DNA from: Deltaproteobacteria bacterium
GTDB lineage: Bacteria; Myxococcota_A; Polyangia; Polyangiales; Polyangiaceae
Length of the DNA stretch: 64,000 bases
Reading direction: 5' to 3'
NCBI GenBank assembly: GCA_016875405.1
Contig: VGRJ01000016.1
Location: 1,128 to 65,127 of the forward strand
Shown here: positions 36,145 through 43,403 of the stretch, piece by piece
How positions within the stretch are numbered: the stretch's first letter is position 1
Layout: each line of letters begins with the position of its first letter
Translations under genes and position numbers: made by a program
The notes under the pieces: model-generated
The model's database searches: none
Seen by the model: only the letters and a program-made list of their open reading frames with translations
What the model was told of the DNA's origin: nothing

Positions 36145-37869
36145 ATGGCCGTTCAACGTCGCAGCACCTTAGCTTCGCGTCCTCAGCTCCAGCTCGCGAC
36201 CGTCGCGCTCGGGGGCGCGGCGCTCGTCGCGGCCATGACGGGCGCCTGTTACGAGCCCGCAGACACCTACCCGAACTGGAACTTTAACACCGTCGTCCAG
36301 AGCTCGTCGTCGTCCGCGTCGTCTTCGGCGTCCTCGTCCTCCGCCTCATCCTCGAGCGGCTCGGGCGGCGGCGGCGGCGGCGGCGGCGGTGTGGTGCCGT
36401 CCATCGACTGCAGCCCGGAGAGCCCGCTCGACAAGCGCACGTACTTCATCGAGTGCGTGCTCGGAAACCCCGAGCTCAATCAGGCGCCCGCAGGCGGGCT
36501 CATCACCAACTGCGTCAACGGCAACTGCCACCTCAGCGGGAACATCAACTTCCTGAGCCCGCCCGACGAGTACTCGTCGATGGTCGGCTACGTCTCCGAG
36601 ACGACGGGCAAGAGCTTCATCGTGAAGGACGCCGGCTCGAAGAGCCGTCTCATCACGTACCCGCGGACCGGCGGCGGGCACAGCGCCGGCGAGAAGTGGA
36701 AGATCGACGACCCGTCCGACCCGCTCTACCCGCTCTACGAGCACACGGTCACGTGGCTCGACCGCGAGGCCGCAGACATCCAGGGTGAGGTCGTCCTCGA
36801 GACCGACCTCGTCAACCCGAAGGAGAATCCGAACGACACGCTCAACCCGACCCCGGAGGGCTTCGTCTACATCCCGCTCGACGTGCTCGTCGGGCAGACC
36901 GGCGACGCGAAGCTCTCGGGCGCTGCGCTCACGTTCTTCGCCGTGTCCTACGCGGACACGCTGCTCGAGTTGACGGATCTCAAGCTCTGGCCGAGCCCCG
37001 GAGTCGGCATCGAGATCAAGGACATCGGCTTCAAGGTGGTCCCCTCCGCGGACAGCAAGAAGCCGACGACGGTGAACACCAGCCTCTACGGCGACCCGCT
37101 GCGCTTCGTGTCGCCGAAGTTCGTCACCGTCGGCAGCGGCACGGTGCTCCTCACCAATTGGGAGAAGGGTGCGAGCCTGTTCATTCAGTTCAAGTCGATG
37201 AGGTCGCTCCTCGCCGACAAGAACGGCAACGCGTACCTGCCGTGCAACGACGTCGCGGGCTTCACCGCCGCGGTGAAGAAGCTGCCCTATGACCTCTACA
37301 ACTGTGACAAGCCGAACGGCCTCATGTACTGCGGCCGGCAGTGCCACGGCGGCGGCGAGTACACGCTCGAACCCAACAAGCTCACGACGAAGATGGACCT
37401 CTACGGCCTCTTCACGACGCCGAGCGACTACGACCTCGCCTGCGCTGCGACCCGCACGAAGATCACGCCCGGCAACGTGGCGACCTCGCCGATCCTCAAC
37501 CTGCCGAACCCCGCCATCGCCGGCAACCCTGCGGTCCCCGCGACGCACGCCTTCTTCAAGTTCTGCGGCTCCGCGAGCGCCTACAAATCCTACAAGGACG
37601 CCGTGAGCCCCTGGATTTGCAGCGAATCGGGCACGAGCCTGTGCGGGGTGACCTGCGTCGACACGAAGACGAGCGCTCAGCACTGCGGCGGCTGCAACAA
37701 GGCCTGCACCGGCGGACAGGTGTGCAACGCGGGCGCGTGCGGCTGCCCCAACAACACGAAGAGCTGCAGCGGGACCTGCGTCGACACCACGAAGGACTCG
37801 AACAATTGCGGCGACTGCGGCGTCGTGTGCATGGCCCCGCAGACGTGCTCGGGCGGCACCTGCAAGTGA
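36145..37869 (+). CDS. Secreted lipoprotein: poly-Ser/poly-Gly linker, cytochrome-c-like module with non-canonical Cys..CysHis motifs, C-terminal Cys-rich CGxC repeats
   Basis: Lipobox is AAMTGAC. The linker is SSSSSASSSASSSSASSSSGSGGGGGGGGG. Haem-like motifs are NCVNGNCH and YCGRQCHGGG. The C-terminal repeats are CVDTKTSAQHCGGCNKACTGGQVCNAGAC and CVDTTKDSNNCGDCGVVCMAPQTCSGGTC. Confidence 0.8.
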   Translation: MAVQRRSTLASRPQLQLATVALGGAALVAAMTGACYEPADTYPNWNFNTVVQSSSSSASSSASSSSASSSSGSGGGGGGGGGVVPSIDCSPESPLDKRTYFIECVLGNPELNQAPAGGLITNCVNGNCHLSGNINFLSPPDEYSSMVGYVSETTGKSFIVKDAGSKSRLITYPRTGGGHSAGEKWKIDDPSDPLYPLYEHTVTWLDREAADIQGEVVLETDLVNPKENPNDTLNPTPEGFVYIPLDVLVGQTGDAKLSGAALTFFAVSYADTLLELTDLKLWPSPGVGIEIKDIGFKVVPSADSKKPTTVNTSLYGDPLRFVSPKFVTVGSGTVLLTNWEKGASLFIQFKSMRSLLADKNGNAYLPCNDVAGFTAAVKKLPYDLYNCDKPNGLMYCGRQCHGGGEYTLEPNKLTTKMDLYGLFTTPSDYDLACAATRTKITPGNVATSPILNLPNPAIAGNPAVPATHAFFKFCGSASAYKSYKDAVSPWICSESGTSLCGVTCVDTKTSAQHCGGCNKACTGGQVCNAGACGCPNNTKSCSGTCVDTTKDSNNCGDCGVVCMAPQTCSGGTCK

Positions 37870-37947
37870 CCCGTCGGGCGTGAGCCCCGCGAGGACGCGG
37901 CGGAGGTCCACCGTGCCCTCTCGCAACGCCTCGCCCTACCTCTGCGG

Positions 37948-39240
37948 TCAATCGCCGATGCGCGGCGGCTCGTACGCGCGGGAAGGGTCAGCCACCTCTG
38001 CGAGCGAGCTCGCAGCGAGGCGGTCAAACACTCCTCGGAGCTGCGCCGCGAGCGACGGCGACCGAACCATCAGCCCGAGGTTGCGGCTTCGCAGGAAGTA
38101 ATCTCCGCCCCAATTGCTCGTACCGACCCAGGCGACGTCGTCGTCGACCACGAGGTACTTCGCGTGCACGACGCGGGCGAAAGGGATGAAGCCGCGCGGG
38201 TCGGGCGGTACGTTCACGAACCTCACCTCGATGCCCGGGACCTTCGCGAGGCCGAGCGCCGCCCCGAGCTTCTTGGACGTCTTCTGCCAGTTCGAGAGGA
38301 GCAGGTGAACCTTCACGCCGCGGACCGCCGCGCGACGCAGCGCTGCGTCGAGCACCTCGAAGCGCGAGCCGTCGTGCCCTACGAGCTCGACGCTCAGGAG
38401 CTGCACCCGGATCTCGCGCTTCGCCCCGTCGAGCGCGGCGACGAGCCGCTCGAGATCCCAGAAGCGCGGATCCGGCAAGTGGCCGCGCGGGCTCATGACG
38501 GGGAGGACCTCGGCGTCTCCGATGAGCTCGGGCTCGGAGGGGTTGCCGTATGCGAGCGGACTCGATGCCTTGCCCCCGGCCGCGACCCAGTCGCCGTCGA
38601 ACGCCGCAAGAAAGGCCGCCGCGATGCGCCGCGATCGAACACGCAGCCCGAGCTCATGAATGTGGTCGAGCGAGCGCCAGTCGAAGTTTGCGCTCCCGAC
38701 GTAGCTGTCCTCCTCGTCGACGACCAGGTACTTCGCGTGCTGAACACCGCCCATCAGCTTCGCCGTGTCGAGCTCACGAACCGTGACGCCGAGGCTGCGA
38801 AGATGGTCGAGCGACGTCGGGTAGCGGCGCATGAACCCCGCGTCCACCAGGAATCTCACCGCGATCCCTCGACGAGCAGCGGCGCCGAGCTCTTGCACCA
38901 CGGGCCCGAGTCGATCGGGCAAGAGTGAGTCGGTCGGACGCTCCGCGACGTAGAATTGCCCGACGGCGACCGAGCGGCGCGCGCCGCGAACCATCGCGAG
39001 CCAGGTCTCGTCGGTGTTGGGGATCGACGTGTCATCGGCGATCGCGCCCGACGGGACCGACTCGACGAGCTCGATCGAGGGGACGAAGCTCGCCTCGCTC
39101 GCGACCACGGGCCGTGGGGTCGCCGTCGCCGCAGGTCGAGGCGAGGGCCGAAGGGCCGCCGAAGGCTCTCGTGGCTCCGTGACGCAGGCGCTCCATGCGA
39201 GCGGGAGCACCACGAAGAGCGAGCATGGTCCATGCTTCAT
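37948..39240 (-). CDS. Phospholipase D-family protein (two HKD motifs), lipoprotein
   Basis: Lipobox is PLAWSAC. The HKD motifs are HAKYLVVDEEDSYVGSANFD and HAKYLVVDDDVAWVGTSNWG. Confidence 0.9.
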   Translation of the reverse strand: MKHGPCSLFVVLPLAWSACVTEPREPSAALRPSPRPAATATPRPVVASEASFVPSIELVESVPSGAIADDTSIPNTDETWLAMVRGARRSVAVGQFYVAERPTDSLLPDRLGPVVQELGAAARRGIAVRFLVDAGFMRRYPTSLDHLRSLGVTVRELDTAKLMGGVQHAKYLVVDEEDSYVGSANFDWRSLDHIHELGLRVRSRRIAAAFLAAFDGDWVAAGGKASSPLAYGNPSEPELIGDAEVLPVMSPRGHLPDPRFWDLERLVAALDGAKREIRVQLLSVELVGHDGSRFEVLDAALRRAAVRGVKVHLLLSNWQKTSKKLGAALGLAKVPGIEVRFVNVPPDPRGFIPFARVVHAKYLVVDDDVAWVGTSNWGGDYFLRSRNLGLMVRSPSLAAQLRGVFDRLAASSLAEVADPSRAYEPPRIGD

Positions 39241-39313
39241 CGGCCGAGGAGCATACCCAAATCGACGCGGCTACGGCTTGTCAGTCGCAGGAGCCGGCAC
39301 TACGACACCGCGC

Positions 39314-40555
39314 ATGCGTGACTGGAACCGCGAGGTCGTCATCACCGGCATGGGCGTCGTCTGCCACCTCGGCGACGAGCTCGCCGCGCTCGAGCGGCAC
39401 CTCCGCTCCGGGACGAGCCTGCCGTTCGCGCGCTGGGCACCGGCGGTCGAGCACGGTGCGCGCTGTCAGCTCATCGGCGTCTACGAAGGCGACGTCAGCG
39501 ACGACGCGCTCGGCATCGACAAGCGTGCATCGCGCTTCTTTGGTCGCTCGTCGAGGCTCGCGCTCAAGGCGGCCCGGGCGGCGCTCGCCACGTCGGGGCT
39601 CGACCCGCGCGAGGCCGCGCTCATCGTCGGGAGCGGCACCGGAGACGTCGAGACGCACCGCGAGGTGCATAGCAAGCTCGAGGCCACGCACGACGCAAAG
39701 AAGGTCGGACCGACCGTGATTCCGCGGATCATGGCGTCCACTGTGTCGGCGAACCTCGTCAACGTGCTCGAGACGCGCGGGCCGAGCCTCTCGGTCAGCG
39801 CGGCGTGCGCGGGCGGCACCTATAACGTGCTGCTCGCGGCCCAGCTGATCGAGGCCGGCTTCGTGGACGCGGCGATCGCAGGGGGCGTCGAGTGCGGCGA
39901 CATCCACTTCCACTCGGGCTTCGACGCCATGCGCGCGTACAACGGCACCGACAACGACACCCCCGAGCGCGCCTCGCGGCCATACGCGGCCGACCGCGCG
40001 GGCTTCATCTTCGCCGAGGGCGCGGGGGTGCTCGTCCTCGAGTCGCTCGGCTCGGCGCGCGCGCGCGGCGCGACGATCCTCGGCACGGTTCGCGGCTACG
40101 GCATGTCCTCCGACGGCAAAGGCGAGATGGTCGCGCCCGACGAGGACGGGGCCTACCGCGCCATGTGTCGCGCGCTCGCGCACGCCGAAGTCGAGGCCGA
40201 CGCCATCGACTACGTGAACACGCACGGCACGTCGACACCGCTCGGCGACGTCTCCGAGGTCCGCGCGCTTCGACGCGCGTTCGGCGGCCGTCACGTGCGC
40301 TACTCCTCGACGAAGGGATACACCGGCCACACCATCAGCGCCGCCGGAGCCATCGAGGCGATCTTCACGCTGCTCATGCTCCGAGGAGGCTACGTCGCCC
40401 CGTCGATTCGTGCGAATCCGCTGGATCCTGCGGTCCAGGATTTTTCCCCGGTGGTCGAGCCGCTCGCGGTCGACCTCCAAATCGCGGCGTCGAACTCGTT
40501 CGGCTTCGGCGGCACCAACGCGACGCTGGTCCTCGCGCGCGAACCGCGAGGTTGA
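39314..40555 (+). CDS. Beta-ketoacyl-ACP synthase I/II (FabF/FabB-like), stand-alone
   Basis: VVITGMGVV; Cys-His-His triad context (SAACAGG; NTHGTSTPLGD; GYTGHTISAAG); C-terminal NSFGFGGTNA. Confidence 0.9.
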   Translation: MRDWNREVVITGMGVVCHLGDELAALERHLRSGTSLPFARWAPAVEHGARCQLIGVYEGDVSDDALGIDKRASRFFGRSSRLALKAARAALATSGLDPREAALIVGSGTGDVETHREVHSKLEATHDAKKVGPTVIPRIMASTVSANLVNVLETRGPSLSVSAACAGGTYNVLLAAQLIEAGFVDAAIAGGVECGDIHFHSGFDAMRAYNGTDNDTPERASRPYAADRAGFIFAEGAGVLVLESLGSARARGATILGTVRGYGMSSDGKGEMVAPDEDGAYRAMCRALAHAEVEADAIDYVNTHGTSTPLGDVSEVRALRRAFGGRHVRYSSTKGYTGHTISAAGAIEAIFTLLMLRGGYVAPSIRANPLDPAVQDFSPVVEPLAVDLQIAASNSFGFGGTNATLVLAREPRG

Positions 40556-40601
40556 CGCGCGGCAAAGGAGCGCATGCGGGGGGCGCCGCTCGCAGGCTCG
40601 C

Positions 40602-42434
40602 TCACTCCTTGTCGAGGCGACCGACGAAGCCGACGTCGAACTCGACCCCCATGTAACGGAAGTGCGGCCGCAGCTGGACGTCGACCTTGTACCAGCCGGC
40701 GCTGCCCTCGACCTCGGACACCGAGATCTTCGCCTTTCGAAGCGGCCTCTTCGCGCGCACACCAGGCGTCACCGAGGCTTGGTCCGCGACGAACTGGTTG
40801 ATCCACTTCTGCAGCTCACGCTCGAGGTCCTGGCGCCCCTTCCACGTCCCGATCTGCTCGCGCTGCAAGACCTTGAGGTAGTGGGCGATCCGGCTGCTGA
40901 CGAAGAGGTAAGGGAGCTGGGTCCCGAGGCGATGGTTCAGCGCGGCGCGGCGGCCCTCTTCGCTGATGCCAAACGTCTTCGGACGCTGACAGCTGTTCGC
41001 CGAGAAGAAGCACGCGTTCTCGGTGTCGCGACGGTACGTGAACGCGATGAAACCCTGCTCGGCGATCTCGGACTCACGCCGCTCGGTGACGATCACCTCG
41101 GTCGGGATCTTGGTCTGGATCTCGCCCATCGCGTCGAAGCGGTGGAGCGGCAGGTCGGCCACGGTTCCGCCCGTCGAGGGCCCGATGATGTTCGGGCACC
41201 AGCGATAGCGGGCAAAGCTATCGGCGATGCGAGTCGCGAAAGCGAAGGCCGCGTTGCCCCAGAGGTAGTGCTCATGATGACCGACGACGTCTTCTTCGTA
41301 TTCGAACGCGCGGACGCGGACGGTCCTTGGCCCATAAGGCAGCCGAAGCAAGAAGCGCGGCAGGCACAGCGCAACGTACCGAGCGTCGTCGGAGTCGCGG
41401 AACGCGCGCCACTTCGTGAACGCTGGCCCCTCGTGGAGCGAGTGGAGGTCGCTCAGTTGCGGCAGGTCGAGGTAGTCGTCGAGCCCAAAGAACTTCGACG
41501 CGGCGGCCGCGATGAACGGCGCGTGCGCCATCGTGGCGACCGAGGCGCACTTGTCGAGCAGGTAGATGTCTTGCGCCGACGGGGTAAACTCATAGTTCGC
41601 CACGATGACGCCGTAAGGCCTGCCGCCGAAGACGCCGTACTCGGACGAGTAGGCGATCCGGTATATGCCGCTCTTGGCGACCTCCGGCGCGTCCTGAAAA
41701 TCGTCGAGCAAGTCGCGCTTGCTCACGTTGAGCATTTTGACGCGGATGTTCTCGCGAAACTCGACGCGATCGACGACAAAGGCAAGACCACGCCAAGCGG
41801 CCTCGAGGGCCTGAAACGTCGGGTTGTGTAGAATGACGTCGACCTGTCGCGAGATGCGCTCGGTCAGCGACGCGATGAGCAGATCGACGAGCGCGTTGTC
41901 GACGAGCGTCACGTCGACCCCGGTGCGCGCGACGAACGCGATGAGACCGAGGAGACCGGACTCGAGGGCTTCACGCGACGGTGCGGCCGGCACGCCCAAG
42001 AGAAGCGCCGCGACCTCGTCGAGGAGCGAAGGTGCGGGCCCCGCCTCGGCGATCGAGAGGAGGTCGAGCGCCGCGTCGCTTCTGCCGAGGTTCGGTGCCG
42101 AGGAGGGAACGCCCGGCAGCGTCGGCGCCGACGACGGTTGCGAACGGCGCGCCCCGAGCTCGAAGGCCGGCGCCGGAGATGGGCCGCCCGTGCCCGGTGG
42201 GGCGGCCGAGGGGGCCGGGGGCGGCGAGGACGCTTGCGGAAGAGTGGCGGCCGCGGGGCTCGCCGGAGGTGGCGCGCCCCAGCCCGGCGGCGCGGATGCT
42301 TGCGGCAGAGGGGCGGACGCGGGACTCGCCGGAGGTGGCGCGCCCCAGCCCGGCGGCGCGGACGCTTGCGGCAGAGGGGCGGCCGCGGGACTCGCGGCTG
42401 TAGCGTCGTTTCGCTCGTCGGAATCGGTGGGCAT
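40602..42434 (-). CDS. tssC: Type VI secretion contractile sheath large subunit (TssC/VipB family) with ~110-130 aa Pro-rich repeat N-terminal extension
   Basis: Hallmark blocks occur over ~480 aa: VILHNPTFQALEAAWRGL, EYGVFGGRPYG, MAHAPFIAAA, DARYVALCLPRFLLRLPYG, HEHYLWGNAAFAFA, YRWCPNIIGP, FFSANS, LGTQLPY, KVLQREQIG and RPHFRYMG..FVGRLDKE. They are very close to V. cholerae VipB as I recall it (not computed). Confidence 0.9.
   Translation of the reverse strand: MPTDSDERNDATAASPAAAPLPQASAPPGWGAPPPASPASAPLPQASAPPGWGAPPPASPAAATLPQASSPPPAPSAAPPGTGGPSPAPAFELGARRSQPSSAPTLPGVPSSAPNLGRSDAALDLLSIAEAGPAPSLLDEVAALLLGVPAAPSREALESGLLGLIAFVARTGVDVTLVDNALVDLLIASLTERISRQVDVILHNPTFQALEAAWRGLAFVVDRVEFRENIRVKMLNVSKRDLLDDFQDAPEVAKSGIYRIAYSSEYGVFGGRPYGVIVANYEFTPSAQDIYLLDKCASVATMAHAPFIAAAASKFFGLDDYLDLPQLSDLHSLHEGPAFTKWRAFRDSDDARYVALCLPRFLLRLPYGPRTVRVRAFEYEEDVVGHHEHYLWGNAAFAFATRIADSFARYRWCPNIIGPSTGGTVADLPLHRFDAMGEIQTKIPTEVIVTERRESEIAEQGFIAFTYRRDTENACFFSANSCQRPKTFGISEEGRRAALNHRLGTQLPYLFVSSRIAHYLKVLQREQIGTWKGRQDLERELQKWINQFVADQASVTPGVRAKRPLRKAKISVSEVEGSAGWYKVDVQLRPHFRYMGVEFDVGFVGRLDKE
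42229..42395 (-). repeat. 66-bp (22-codon) direct tandem repeat, ~2.5 copies, inside the tssC 5' extension
   Basis: Units at 42229-42294, 42295-42360 and a partial unit at 42361-42395 are near-identical. On the minus strand they encode PLPQASAPPGWGAPPPASPA(S/A)A. Confidence 0.9.
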
Positions 42435-42491
42435 CGCGTCCCTCGGCAGAACTCGAGAGAGACCAGATTAACGCGTTTCGAACAACGCGTC

Positions 42492-42866
42492 TCAGGTTCG
42501 GCGCGTCGGACCTGCGTTGCGTGCGGAGTTCTCGGCCGCGGCGATGAGCTCCATGAAGAGCCTCACGTCTCGCTCACCGAGCTTGAAGAACTGCAGGCCT
42601 GCGACACCGCGCCGATCCCACCGAACGATCGAGCGCACGACGATCTCCTCGTCGAAGCCGAGCAGGCGAACGAACACGCGCACGCGCGAGCCGACCTCGA
42701 GGGCCGGGCCACTCGCGGGCTCGAGGAGCCCGCCCGCGAGCGTGATCTCCGTGACCCACCCGGCAGTCCGGTCCGACGCACCCACGCGCTGAAACTCCAC
42801 GGGAAGCGGCTGCGGTCGGGCAGGCTTGCGGTTGCCTGAAGAAGCGAGAGGGTCGGACGACGTCAC
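42492..42866 (-). CDS. PilZ-like small beta-barrel protein
   Basis: GTG start. RKPAR (RxxxR) is followed by VTEITLAGGLL (a degenerate D/NxSxxG) and then a PilZ-like pattern (GSRVRVFVRL..EEIVVRSIVRW..GVAGLQF). It lies 57 bp upstream of tssC. Confidence 0.65.
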   Translation of the reverse strand: MTSSDPLASSGNRKPARPQPLPVEFQRVGASDRTAGWVTEITLAGGLLEPASGPALEVGSRVRVFVRLLGFDEEIVVRSIVRWDRRGVAGLQFFKLGERDVRLFMELIAAAENSARNAGPTRRT

Positions 42867-42964
42867 CGATTCGGGAGTCTAGCGCGGTCCGACGGGTCGG
42901 GTGCAACTCTCGTCGATGGTTTGTGCTCGAAGCCTGCGAGCGAAGGGGTAGACTCGCGAGCTCC

Positions 42965-43321
42965 ATGTCGACGACGATTCCGCCCGCCGGCATTCACCCG
43001 ACGCTGCCGCCTCCTCCGGCCCATCGCGCCAAGCGCGCGCTCGGGTTCGCCGTCGCCGGGCTGGTCTTGCTGGTGCTCGCGGTGACCGCGAGCCGCTCGG
43101 CGATGGCTGACTCTGCGACGGTCTTTGACGGACGCAACGACCACGAGCTCGCCTCGACCCTCGCGCGACTCCTCTTCGGCGCGAGCGGGATCGCCGAGCT
43201 CCTCGGGGTCGTCTACGCGTGGTCCTCGCTGCTGCTCGCTCGACGACGCTCGCTGGCGGCCTTCGGCATCGCCCTCACGTGGTTTGCCGTCGTCGCATGG
43301 TGGCTCTGGCGGAGCCGCTGA
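42965..43321 (+). CDS. Small hypothetical membrane protein (3 predicted TM helices)
   Basis: ATG 42965 (or GTG 42923). Hydrophobic stretches: ALGFAVAGLVLLVLAV, LLFGASGIAELLGVVYAWSSLLL and AAFGIALTWFAVVAWWLW. Confidence 0.5.
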   Translation: MSTTIPPAGIHPTLPPPPAHRAKRALGFAVAGLVLLVLAVTASRSAMADSATVFDGRNDHELASTLARLLFGASGIAELLGVVYAWSSLLLARRRSLAAFGIALTWFAVVAWWLWRSR

Positions 43322-43403
43322 CCGTCGTCGCGCGGCGCTGGACCATTCGCGCCTCACGGAAAAACCGTGATTTTACGCATGCACAGCCTACAATCCGGGC
43401 GGC

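Noticed and set aside
37948-39240. Phospholipase D as a T6SS (Tle5-like) effector linked to the orphan tssC.
   Set aside because: It has its own Sec/lipoprotein signal (PLAWSAC). It is transcribed away from tssC and is separated from it by a convergent KAS gene. No VgrG, PAAR or immunity gene is nearby.
43371-43403. TACAAT -10-like hexamer 9 nt upstream of the PAD gene ATG (possible leaderless transcript).
   Set aside because: No acceptable -35 element sits at 16-18 bp spacing, and a single hexamer match is weak evidence. I left it unannotated; 5' RACE would be needed.
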